Shown here piece after piece: positions 1 to 7,585 of a stretch of 39,278 bases of DNA (position 1 is its first letter; each line of letters starts with the position of its first letter). The notes under the pieces were generated by a model, which worked only from the letters and a program-made list of their open reading frames with translations, had not been told where the DNA came from and ran no database searches. Location: IMG/VR virus record IMGVR_UViG_2690316285_000009, one strand, 5' to 3'. The stretch is from a virus. Taxonomy: Duplodnaviria; Heunggongvirae; Uroviricota; Caudoviricetes. The position numbers and the translations under genes were made by a program.

Positions 1-50
1 GCGTCACGAGCATCAGTTTTAGCTTCACCGGCGTATAGCGCGGCGATTTT

Positions 51-116
51 TTTGATACCGATTTGCATTTCATTTGATACCGCTGAAAAACGCCGATACG
101 CAACTTATTTGATACT
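51..116. repeat. Array of three TTTGATAC(C/T) motifs (51-59, 73-81, 108-116) at the phage right end; putative transposase end-binding sites
   Basis: Same 9-mer recurs three times within 70 bp and its reverse complement GGTATCAAA/AGTATCAAA recurs three times at the other window end; about 11/20 positions outside the outermost copies also match between the two ends. Confidence 0.6.
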
Positions 117-161
117 AAATCGGCGCTTTTCTTTTGAGTTTTAGAATGAGTTTTTAAGCGT

Positions 162-899
162 TCATTCACTCTCTTTCAAACCAGTTTTAACTGTTTGTGG
201 TTTTGGGTAAGGCTGGACTTTGAATAGCTTTGTGTTAAGGCGTTTTCTGGCTCTCTTGTCCAGAAACCGGATGTAACGAAACTGACGGAATTTATGAACA
301 CTGGCTCTGTCGATATTAGCCCGCAGATGTTCACCTCGCTGTCCTCCTCGTTTGATTGCATTCTTGCAAATCTCGTGATACCACTCGCCATCAAGTTCAT
401 AGAATGTTGTTTCATGACTGCCTACATAATCAAAATTGCTTGCCTGGTACACGACACCAAGACAGCCACAACGCTCATCTGCAAACGACTGAACCCACTG
501 CACCTGCGGATAAAGTTGTCTGATTAGTTTGAGCGCGTAACTGATTGCCCTTGATTCGGAGTTTCTCGGCATACAGTCATGCAGCCATAACCGGTTAAGC
601 TCCATATATTCGCGGTTCTGCGTGCCAGTTACGACGCGTGCACCATTGTTTGGATTAAGGGCATAACCCCATTGCATTACGCCAACCAGCTCCCGTTCTG
701 AAAATATGCCCAGATGAAGGTAGGAATTATTTACGAAACGATGGCTGTAATGTTTATTGACGACGACCAGCCGGGCCAGCCAGCAACTTATTGTCTCAAC
801 CCGTAACTCACGGGAGCCATAACCGACGATATTGTCGTTATAGTGAATAAGTTCAGGCGTGCTGATGATACGGGATGTAACTTGCTTTCTGTTCCCCAC
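162..899 (-). CDS. mom: Mom-like DNA modification protein; start codon uncertain (proposed GTG at 899, the ORF extends upstream to 1094)
   Basis: Terminal position next to com as in phage Mu; 5-prime end overlaps the com 3-prime end; AAGGA sequence 9 nt upstream of an in-frame GTG at 899; size about 245 aa is near the Mu Mom size as I recall it. Confidence 0.7.
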   Translation of the reverse strand: MGNRKQVTSRIISTPELIHYNDNIVGYGSRELRVETISCWLARLVVVNKHYSHRFVNNSYLHLGIFSERELVGVMQWGYALNPNNGARVVTGTQNREYMELNRLWLHDCMPRNSESRAISYALKLIRQLYPQVQWVQSFADERCGCLGVVYQASNFDYVGSHETTFYELDGEWYHEICKNAIKRGGQRGEHLRANIDRASVHKFRQFRYIRFLDKRARKRLNTKLFKVQPYPKPQTVKTGLKESE

Positions 900-1053
900 G
901 ACAGGATTTCCTTGTGTATGTGGGGTGCTCTGTGGCGCTCTGAGATGTGATTTGATTGAGGGTTTTACAGCGCGGACATTTAACTTCCAGATAACTGAAG
1001 CTGGCTCGTGCCAGTAGCTTGTTACAATGTCGGCACCGTATGTTTCGATACAT
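853..1053 (-). CDS. com: Com-like zinc-finger translational activator of mom
   Basis: Translation contains [10 protein letters not shown]...VKCPRCK, a C4 zinc-finger pattern matching the Mu Com layout; AGGAGG Shine-Dalgarno (plus coords 1064-1069) about 10 nt upstream of the ATG at 1053; overlaps the mom 5-prime end. Confidence 0.8.
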   Translation of the reverse strand: MYRNIRCRHCNKLLARASFSYLEVKCPRCKTLNQITSQSATEHPTYTRKSCRGEQKASYIPYHQHA

Positions 1054-1098
1054 GGCCGCATAACCTCCTGCTTTGTTGTTGATATCTTTATCACTCAA

Positions 1099-1120
1099 TC
1101 GATCGACAAAAACGATCGAT
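1099..1120. promoter_or_regulatory. Two GATC-containing palindromic boxes (TCGATCGA and CGATCGAT) upstream of com; candidate Dam-sensitive regulatory site of the mom operon
   Basis: Sequence caatcgatcgacaaaaacgatcgatt read directly; a third GATC at 1183-1186; lies just upstream of the com RBS. Confidence 0.4.
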
Positions 1121-1309
1121 TTGATTTATTTAATTGATACAACAAATAACACGAAATGTCATTAGCGAAAATTTATGAGTTTGATCACTAATTTTAAACG
1201 GTGCTGTAACGCATAAGTGCTGAATGATTGTACATTTGAATACCGCAAAGCAAACAAATCAACTAATTTATAGAAGTCAATTGGTTAATTGCCAGCGTAA
1301 GAGGCTGCT

Positions 1310-1603
1310 ATGGACAATCATGTAACGACGAGAAATCGAAAAATGATTGAAAATGCGGAAATCTATAATGATTATTTTTCCGATTATTCAGATGCCTGCA
1401 AATACAGTTCGAGTGCGGGAGAGTTCATATGCTTCAACTTTTTTATTAAATCTTATGTTTTTCCTCCACAGCAAGAAGATGGAGGTGTGCCACCTCCTGA
1501 AATCACTTTGCACCGTATAGCCTCCGTCTCAATGATGGAGCAACAGGCTAATGAGCTGTATAGCATTCTGGGAACGATTCTACAAAAGCGTGAATCGGAC
1601 TAA
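1310..1603 (+). CDS. Hypothetical protein (97 aa) in AT-rich cargo DNA, opposite strand to phage genes
   Basis: ORF with AAGAGG Shine-Dalgarno 6 nt upstream of ATG; markedly AT-rich relative to the phage backbone; no recognisable motif. Confidence 0.45.
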   Translation: MDNHVTTRNRKMIENAEIYNDYFSDYSDACKYSSSAGEFICFNFFIKSYVFPPQQEDGGVPPPEITLHRIASVSMMEQQANELYSILGTILQKRESD

Positions 1604-1770
1604 TGATACCGGTTCATTTGCCTGCCCGGATGGGGAAGCAGGATTGACTGCTCCATAAGCAGCTATATTTCTGAATACGAAATACTATCCAGCGATTACA
1701 TATGGCTGGATAGCGGCAAAGATGTTTTCATTAGTGTCAAACCGGCAGAGGACACCACCGGTTTGTATTG

Positions 1771-2025
1771 TTACATCATGGTACTGTCAGTTCCGGGCTG
1801 AGCCGGGTCTGGTTGCTCTGGCTGCGCGTCGGTTTTCGGCTCATTATCAGCATCACTGGCCGCAACTGCTGGCCCAATAAGTTTTGCCAGCACTTCATCA
1901 ACGTAAGTGTCGATTTGTGCCTCAAAATCCTTGCGGACCTGCGCTTTCAGCAACTTATTTACTTCACCGGAATACAGTGCCTGTTTTACCAGGTCTTCAG
2001 TGACGGTGCCTTTAATTTCTGGCAT
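1771..2025 (-). CDS. Hypothetical acidic protein (84 aa) with a low-complexity D/E/P/Q-rich C-terminus
   Basis: Strong AAGGAGG Shine-Dalgarno 7 nt upstream of ATG at 2025; downstream of and co-oriented with the small membrane-protein gene. Confidence 0.55.
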   Translation of the reverse strand: MPEIKGTVTEDLVKQALYSGEVNKLLKAQVRKDFEAQIDTYVDEVLAKLIGPAVAASDADNEPKTDAQPEQPDPAQPGTDSTMM

Positions 2026-2060
2026 GTATATCCTCCTTATGCGGGAATAAAGCCCTGCAA

Positions 2061-2243
2061 TCAGGGCTGGGTCGGGTCTTTTGGGAGCGGAGTTACCTGC
2101 GCTGTTTTACGGAGTTTTTCAGCTGCTGCGTCCTCAATTTTGCGGCGAACATAATTTCTGATGGCCTTATAACCACCACTCACCAGATATAACGCACATA
2201 CTGCCGTGCAGAAATACAATAAAATAAGCTGTAAAAATGTCAT
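2061..2243 (-). CDS. Small membrane protein (about 60 aa, one predicted transmembrane helix followed by a basic/charged tail)
   Basis: GGGAGGG Shine-Dalgarno immediately upstream of internal ATG at 2243 (the ORF track starts at 2255); hydrophobic stretch LQLILLYFCTAVCALYLV. Confidence 0.5.
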   Translation of the reverse strand: MTFLQLILLYFCTAVCALYLVSGGYKAIRNYVRRKIEDAAAEKLRKTAQVTPLPKDPTQP

Positions 2244-2339
2244 TATCCCTCCCAATTATTGACATGGTGTTGACACCGGTAATATCTGTTAGGTAAAAAG
2301 GTGCACTGCATTTTTTGCTTTGGATATAACGATCTTTTT

Positions 2340-2381
2340 GCCGCCGGTTTCTTGTTTTCCCTTACCGGCGGCATTTTTTTA
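2340..2381 (+). terminator. Intrinsic-terminator-like hairpin functional in the plus direction (9-bp GC stem GCCGCCGGT/ACCGGCGGC followed by a 7-T run)
   Basis: Read directly from sequence; on the minus strand the hairpin is followed by an A-run, so it is not a canonical terminator for the esterase gene that ends at 2388. Confidence 0.5.
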
Positions 2382-2387
2382 TCCTGC

Positions 2388-4442
2388 TTACGCGTTATTC
2401 ACTTCCACCACGATACTGTCAATCAGTACCGGGTAAGTCGCATTTTTAGTGATATCGGTCACGCGCAACTTGTCTGCCGTAAACGTGCCGACCGGAGACT
2501 GCGACAGCATGAATGGTGTCCCGTCCTTACCATCAATGACCGGCGTCACCTCAATACTGTTGTTACCGGCAAAACGGAAGCCCAGCGTATGCCATTCGTT
2601 ATTAAATGCGCCGAATGACCCCAGCTTCGTGTTCTGCGCCGTGTTTCCTTTGTGATACATCACGTTAAGGTCTGTGGCATCGCTCTGTACGTAGAACGAT
2701 GCCAGCAGGTTATGACCGGCATTTCCTTCCAGAGTAACCCCTTGCGGCAGGGCAGAAACCGGCCAGTACAGCGCCAGTGCGTACTGATTAGCCGTAAGCG
2801 CGCCATCGAGTTTAAAACGACAACTGACAAGACCACCTTTACCCAGCAGGTCCGCACCATTACCAGCATCATGCTCAAGGTACCAGGGGGCTCTTCCTGT
2901 TTCCTTGGTCAGTTTCATTGCCTTACCCCCGCTGGCTCCGGCATCATCCACGATTTGAGCCTTGCCACCTCCGGCAGCCCAACCCTGTGGTGTCAACCGT
3001 CCTTCAGACTCAGATGCCCGGTAAGCAAATAGCGTACTCATCGTCGTGGTGTCTGCGGGTGGCGTGGACGGTTTTGATGGTGTATCAGGTGACGGCTTCT
3101 CATCCGGTGGTGTCACGGTCTGCCCGCGCATCAGTTCAGCCGTGCGCCCTGCATGGAGCATAATAGCTGAGGCCAGACGGTCTGAAATGACGCCCCTGCG
3201 TGCCCATGAGCTGAAATGGCTGTCACGCTGTGTCGAAACAAAACTGCCCTGGGTTCGGGATGCTGCACCGTAATACCCGACAGCCACAATATCCGGGTCT
3301 TCCGCCGGAGCATTCGTTGGCGTGCTCTGTCCATTCTCATCCGTCAGGAACGGTACAAAGAAAATTTTCTGTGCTTCCTTGCCTTTGTAGCCACCGTATA
3401 CTGCCTCATATTTATCGGTGCCAGCGTTTTTCCAGTAATACGTGGTATCACCGCAAATCCACGGCACCGTGGTGGCATTTCCACTCACGCACTGCGCAGC
3501 AAGCGGAGCCTGGTCAGTTCTGAACTGCTGAACCATGGCCGTGAATAAACTATTATGCTGCTGGCTTCCTGAGGCAAGGTCTGCCTCTCCCTGCATCCAG
3601 ACCACAGCCAGAAGTTTGTTTTTCGGGTTTTTCGCCAGCGCGACTTTGGTGCGGCTTACCAGGTCCTGATACAGAGGTTTACCGGCCCCCCAGCGTGAAG
3701 AATCAGCGGAAGCACCGCTGGCCTCACTGAATGAGCCGTCGGCTCCAGTGGTGAATGCTGACCCGCCACGACAACAGGGCACCAGAAGTATCCCGGCATT
3801 CTGTGGGATATAGGGAAGCAGTTTTTTGGCAATATGCAACCCCTGACCGACAGTCCCGTACTGGCCTTTTGCCAGATCAGCTTTCGGGTGGTTTATCCCG
3901 CTCATATCCTGAACATCATGCAGGCAGTGGTCTGCCGGAATGATGTCGTTGTATGTACACGACGTACCGTTGGGCGTTACCGTACTGCGGCGTGCCAGTT
4001 GCTTAATGCGTGGGTCCGGGCGGTCAAACGAATCCGGTAACGGCAGCCCCTCGCCGTAGGCCATGCCATTTGACTGACCCGCGAGAATGACAACAAAGTA
4101 ATATTCCGGCTCTGAACTGCTGCCATTCGTGCTACCGGAAGGCCCGGCGTTATCCGGTGCATTCCAGTCGGAGGGCGTGAGCGTTCCGGCCACGTCAGAT
4201 GTGATTGGAATGATGCCAGTCACGCCTGAACTGGTGATTTCTGCACTGGGATTACCGGATACCGGCATTACCCATAATGGCTCTTTCGTGCTGAAGCGGA
4301 TCACGCAGTCTGCGAAGGTGATCCCCCCTTTATTACCCGAAGGGCGGAAAGGGCTTTCAATAAATGCCACCGTGCCACCGGCAACCTTGACTGAAAACTC
4401 TCCGGGCATGGCGGAGAGCATTTTCCACTTGGAGTCTGACAT
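2388..4442 (-). CDS. Multi-domain SGNH/SASA-family carbohydrate O-acetylesterase (684 aa): N-terminal domain, esterase core, Pro/Thr-rich linker, C-terminal roughly 200-aa domain of unknown type
   Basis: Motifs in the translation: VVILAGQSNGMAYGEG (GQSN catalytic-serine block), VVWMQGEADLASG (QGE block), RDSHFS (D-x-H block) in the order expected for SGNH/SASA esterases; linker PPDEKPSPDTPSKPSTPPADTTT; no N-terminal signal peptide. Confidence 0.7.
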   Translation of the reverse strand: MSDSKWKMLSAMPGEFSVKVAGGTVAFIESPFRPSGNKGGITFADCVIRFSTKEPLWVMPVSGNPSAEITSSGVTGIIPITSDVAGTLTPSDWNAPDNAGPSGSTNGSSSEPEYYFVVILAGQSNGMAYGEGLPLPDSFDRPDPRIKQLARRSTVTPNGTSCTYNDIIPADHCLHDVQDMSGINHPKADLAKGQYGTVGQGLHIAKKLLPYIPQNAGILLVPCCRGGSAFTTGADGSFSEASGASADSSRWGAGKPLYQDLVSRTKVALAKNPKNKLLAVVWMQGEADLASGSQQHNSLFTAMVQQFRTDQAPLAAQCVSGNATTVPWICGDTTYYWKNAGTDKYEAVYGGYKGKEAQKIFFVPFLTDENGQSTPTNAPAEDPDIVAVGYYGAASRTQGSFVSTQRDSHFSSWARRGVISDRLASAIMLHAGRTAELMRGQTVTPPDEKPSPDTPSKPSTPPADTTTMSTLFAYRASESEGRLTPQGWAAGGGKAQIVDDAGASGGKAMKLTKETGRAPWYLEHDAGNGADLLGKGGLVSCRFKLDGALTANQYALALYWPVSALPQGVTLEGNAGHNLLASFYVQSDATDLNVMYHKGNTAQNTKLGSFGAFNNEWHTLGFRFAGNNSIEVTPVIDGKDGTPFMLSQSPVGTFTADKLRVTDITKNATYPVLIDSIVVEVNNA

Positions 4443-4513
4443 CGTCTTTTCTGCCTGTTTCTGAATTAAACAGAGTCAGAATAGCGACCGCTGAAAAATA
4501 TGTGTTTTGCGGA

Positions 4514-4547
4514 AATTCAAAAAAGCGTCACGGTACTTTTGGTGACG
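4514..4547 (-). terminator. Rho-independent terminator at the 3-prime end of gin
   Basis: Stem CGTCAC/GTGACG with 10-nt loop followed, on the minus strand, by a 6-T run; the gin stop codon lies inside the stem. Confidence 0.6.
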
Positions 4548-5100
4548 GAGCTGGTGAGGCAGGAAAATAACGATAAAGGGTGGAAAGGCCAATATCAAAT
4601 ATCAGTGCGATTTGTTTACGGGACTCGCCATTAGCCAGCAAACGGGCGATTTGCTCCCGCTCTTTCTCTGTCAGTTTCTGAGGTCTGCCGCCATGACGCC
4701 CCTGAGCACGGGCAGCAGCAAGACCCGCGCGTGTACGTTCAATAATGAGTTCCCGCTCCATTTCCGCCAGCGCGCCCATTATATGGAAAAAGAAACGTCC
4801 CATGGGAGTGGATGTATCAATATTGTCCGTAATGCTGCGGAAGTTAACGCCGCGTTGCCGGAGTTCTTCTGTTAAAAGGACAAGGTGCTGCATACTGCGT
4901 CCAAGGCGATCCAGTTTCCAGACCAGCAGGGTATCCCCTGGCCGGAGTCGCTTTAATGCGCGTTTAAGTCCGGGACGCTCCCTTGTCTTACCGCTTATTC
5001 TGTCTTCGAAAAACAGCTCACATCCTGCACATTCCAGCGCATTTCTTTGTAGCGCCGTATTCTGGTCATTTGTTGACACCCTGATATACCCAATCAGCAT
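4528..5100 (-). CDS. gin: Gin-type serine DNA invertase
   Basis: N-terminus MLIGYIRVSTNDQ with the catalytic serine context typical of Hin/Gin/Cin resolvase-invertases; C-terminal helix-turn-helix; sits next to an invertible segment bounded by gix-like sites. Confidence 0.9.
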   Translation of the reverse strand: MLIGYIRVSTNDQNTALQRNALECAGCELFFEDRISGKTRERPGLKRALKRLRPGDTLLVWKLDRLGRSMQHLVLLTEELRQRGVNFRSITDNIDTSTPMGRFFFHIMGALAEMERELIIERTRAGLAAARAQGRHGGRPQKLTEKEREQIARLLANGESRKQIALIFDIGLSTLYRYFPASPAPSPKVP

Positions 5101-5164
5101 ACGATTTCCTTATTATAAAAAGCCGGAATTGTCGCATGAGGAATAAAACAGAGTTAATCCTGGC

Positions 5165-5192
5165 TTTCCTGAAAACCTCGGTTTACGGGAAA
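5165..5192. other. gix-like recombination site (left)
   Basis: TTCCTGAAAACCTCGGTTTACGGGAAAC closely resembles the phage Mu gix sequence as I recall it (AAACCTCGGTTTAC core); located at the outer edge of the left inverted repeat. Confidence 0.75.
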
Positions 5193-5246
5193 CGGTAAAC
5201 AGGGCGGCGAATGCCCTGCCATCGGACGGCACCGCCGTTGCCGCGA
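5178..5246. repeat. Left copy of a 69-bp perfect inverted repeat flanking the invertible segment
   Basis: 5178-5246 is the exact reverse complement of 6427-6495 (checked base by base). Confidence 0.9.
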
Positions 5247-5539
5247 ATAGACTCGCCACCCCAAGAAATATTAATGGGGTTCCCTTTGACGGGACGCAGG
5301 ACATAAACATCACTTCTGGTATAACACAGCAGGATGCGGATTCCCGATATATCCAGGATATCAGGCTGGGAGCAGAGAACAGGCAGGTAATGTACGGTGG
5401 GGCATATTACTCTGCGTACGGTAATGTTATGGCAGGCCTGCAGATTGACAGTAAAGTTGATGCTTCAAACGATTTTATAGCATTCAGACCCCTGCAAAAA
5501 TTAGTCGGAGGTACATGGATTACGGTATCTCAGTTATAA
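5178..5539 (+). other. Silent alternative tail-fibre C-terminal coding segment (Sv-alt), expressed only after inversion
   Basis: Reading through the left inverted repeat on the plus strand continues the tail-fibre constant-part frame (..[37 protein letters not shown]..) to a TAA at 5537-5539; parallels the active variable part (..[26 protein letters not shown]..). Confidence 0.6.
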
Positions 5540-5590
5540 ATAGTCAGTAAATAATATATTTTAAAACAGATTTATTTCCAGGAGGATTTT

Positions 5591-6112
5591 ATGGAACTAA
5601 AAAATATAACCCGTTATTATCCTGAAAATATGCCATATGGTAATAATGTTCAGTATTTCCAGAGTGAAGATGGTAAGGATTTCTACGAATCCCTGCCATT
5701 ATTCACCAAAAAATATAAACTTTGCATAACACCTGACAGCGGCGTTATCTGCTCAATATCACAGGACGCCTCGGCGCTGTATCCTGCGGGGTTTTCTGTG
5801 GTTGAGGTCGATGAACTCCCTGAAGGCACGGATATTTCAGGAAACTGGAAGTTTGATAATGGCATAATCTCCCGTATTCCGGTTAACTACGCAAGAAAAC
5901 TGGAAGCAATGCGCCAGTCATATCTTAATCAGGCATATGAAAAAATTAATGACTGGAGAACGGAGCTACAACTGGGCACCATCAGCGATGAAGACAGAGC
6001 AGCACTTACCCAATGGATGGCATACATCAGTCAGGTGAAGAAAATGGAACTACCCGCCATTAAAACAGAAGCTGAATTTAACGCCATTAAATGGCCTGAG
6101 CAGCCACAGTAA
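5591..6112 (+). CDS. Tail fibre assembly protein (Tfa / Mu U family), currently antisense to late transcription
   Basis: 173-aa product with the typical Tfa layout and C-terminal ..WPE.P..; CAGGAGG Shine-Dalgarno upstream; lies 50 bp downstream of the silent Sv-alt segment. Confidence 0.85.
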   Translation: MELKNITRYYPENMPYGNNVQYFQSEDGKDFYESLPLFTKKYKLCITPDSGVICSISQDASALYPAGFSVVEVDELPEGTDISGNWKFDNGIISRIPVNYARKLEAMRQSYLNQAYEKINDWRTELQLGTISDEDRAALTQWMAYISQVKKMELPAIKTEAEFNAIKWPEQPQ

Positions 6113-6143
6113 TAAAGAAGGCCGGAAGGCCTTCTGAATATCA

Positions 6144-7025
6144 TTATATACTTGCAGCCGTCACCCATGCTCCATTTAACAGATACTGCAACGGCCGGTA
6201 ATACACGCCGCCGACGTTATCTGCCGTATTCTTACCGACATCCTGTACTTTAATTCCGGTAAGAACATTGCCGCCCCCCAGATTCAGATCCCAGCTTTCC
6301 CATGTTCCGGGCATATGTGCGGTCACCGACCCCAGTCTTATGGCGGTTACTGTTCCTGATGAGATAGTGATATCCTGCGTCCCGTCAAAGGAAACACCAT
6401 TAATTGTGTGGGCATTTGCCAGCCTGTTCGCGGCAACGGCGGTGCCGTCCGATGGCAGGGCATTCGCCGCCCTGTTTACCGTTTCCCGTAAACCGACGTT
6501 ATCGATAAAAGCCCCTTTATCCGGAATGTCTGCGCCGTTCTGCTCCCTGCGCAGGTAACGGTTATCACCTTCGCTTTTGCTGTAAACATCCAGATTATTA
6601 CGGGCGGTTCCCTTATTCTCCAGGTCGGCGAGATTCTGATCCTTCGCCAGGGCATTAACGTCAGCGGGACCAAGACTGTTTTTTGTGGCAAGCGTCCCCA
6701 GACCAAGATAACCACGGGCCAGACGCTGGGCCTCCGCACCGGCATCAGCAATTTCTTTCAGGTTATTTTTCCGGGAAAAGGCATTCGCAGCGATAATGGC
6801 TTTAATGGACAGCGTAAGCTGGTTTAACTGCGCCTTATCCGGCTGAATACTGGCTTCAGCCAGAATATTCAGCAGTTCGGCCTGGAGAATATTCAGCCAG
6901 TCCTGACCAATCCAGCTGATACCTTTTTGTCCGTCACCTTCGGTAAACCAGGTGGTGGTATTACTCTGCGCCGGTGCCAGCGCAGGCATATTCGCCACGC
7001 CGGAATTATTATCAACATGAAACAT
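6144..7025 (-). CDS. Tail fibre protein (Mu S-like); constant N-terminal part 6496-7025, currently expressed variable part 6144-6495 inside the invertible segment
   Basis: N-terminal region with GQDWLN..LNQLT pattern typical of Mu/P2-type fibres; the gene crosses the right inverted repeat. Confidence 0.85.
   Translation of the reverse strand: MFHVDNNSGVANMPALAPAQSNTTTWFTEGDGQKGISWIGQDWLNILQAELLNILAEASIQPDKAQLNQLTLSIKAIIAANAFSRKNNLKEIADAGAEAQRLARGYLGLGTLATKNSLGPADVNALAKDQNLADLENKGTARNNLDVYSKSEGDNRYLRREQNGADIPDKGAFIDNVGLRETVNRAANALPSDGTAVAANRLANAHTINGVSFDGTQDITISSGTVTAIRLGSVTAHMPGTWESWDLNLGGGNVLTGIKVQDVGKNTADNVGGVYYRPLQYLLNGAWVTAASI
6427..6495. repeat. Right copy of the 69-bp inverted repeat
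   Basis: Exact reverse complement of 5178-5246. Confidence 0.9.
6481..6508. other. gix-like recombination site (right)
   Basis: Reverse complement reads TTATCGATAACGTCGGTTTACGGGAAAC, sharing the GTCGGTTTACGGGAAAC core with the left site. Confidence 0.7.
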
Positions 7026-7585
7026 TAAATAGTCTCCTCTTCATGGCTGTTTGCATAAACGTAAATAAACGTCTGCCATGCAGGCTTATAACGGTTCAGA
7101 ATACATTCCAGCGCACCGCCTTCATAAATACGCAGCGGCGTGAGAATATCATCCAGCACATTCATATTCCGGTAGCCGGTTTCACTGTTAATCGTGACAA
7201 TACTGACCCACTGCGAATCCGGTGAGGGCTGAATGTCAATCTGATAACCAAACTCCGCCGCAAACCGGATATAAAATTCACGGTTCAGCGAGGGCTTCAT
7301 CCGGTATTTATTTCCGGCATAACGCTGTCGCTCCGTGAGGGTGGCTCCGGCCATATCACACTCGGGAAGCCCGAGATAACGCTCCCAGTCTTCCAGCAGC
7401 AGGCGCGACGTGTCAGGGAAACGCTCGGCAAGCAGCTGTTTACCCGTCCAGGATACACGCGCTGTCGAATGACTGAGGCCCAGACATAATGATGCCAGTA
7501 CGGATGACGGACGCTTGTCCCATGCCAGCCCGTCAGGCAGTAACTGCAACAGGGCGCGCTGATGCGGGGTCAGGGTTACAGCCAT
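7025..7585 (-). CDS. Tail protein, Mu gp48-like (baseplate/fibre-attachment region)
   Basis: Position between baseplate J-like gene and tail fibre; size 186 aa; start/stop overlap with neighbours. Confidence 0.65.
   Translation of the reverse strand: MAVTLTPHQRALLQLLPDGLAWDKRPSSVLASLCLGLSHSTARVSWTGKQLLAERFPDTSRLLLEDWERYLGLPECDMAGATLTERQRYAGNKYRMKPSLNREFYIRFAAEFGYQIDIQPSPDSQWVSIVTINSETGYRNMNVLDDILTPLRIYEGGALECILNRYKPAWQTFIYVYANSHEEETI

Larger units (their letters stand above)
5178..6495. mobile_element. Gin-dependent invertible DNA segment (G-segment-like, about 1.3 kb) controlling tail-fibre C-terminus
   Basis: Bounded by 69-bp inverted repeats with gix-like sites, adjacent to gin; contains the alternative fibre C-termini and one tail fibre assembly gene. 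Confidence 0.8.

Noticed and set aside
900-1094. N-terminal extension of the 310-aa ORF in the mom frame
   Set aside because: It overlaps com almost completely in another frame; the real mom start is more likely the GTG at 899 with an upstream AAGGA, as in the Mu com-mom arrangement.
2301-2618. 105-aa plus-strand ORF starting at GTG
   Set aside because: Antisense to the esterase gene, Shine-Dalgarno-like sequence too close to the start, and the ORF runs through a terminator; more likely non-coding.
2388-4442. Possibility that the 684-aa protein is a tail fibre or tailspike
   Set aside because: It lies outside the tail module, beyond gin and a terminator, and has no fibre-like N-terminal or repeat structure; kept as an accessory esterase, though virion association is not excluded.
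5113-5313. 66-aa minus-strand ORF sharing the peptide [26 protein letters not shown] with the plus-strand ORF 6268-6558
   Set aside because: Both are antisense read-throughs of the two copies of the 69-bp inverted repeat; the shared peptide is a by-product of the repeat, not a gene pair.
6268-6558. 96-aa plus-strand ORF inside the tail-fibre gene
   Set aside because: Antisense to the tail-fibre gene and explained by the inverted repeat.
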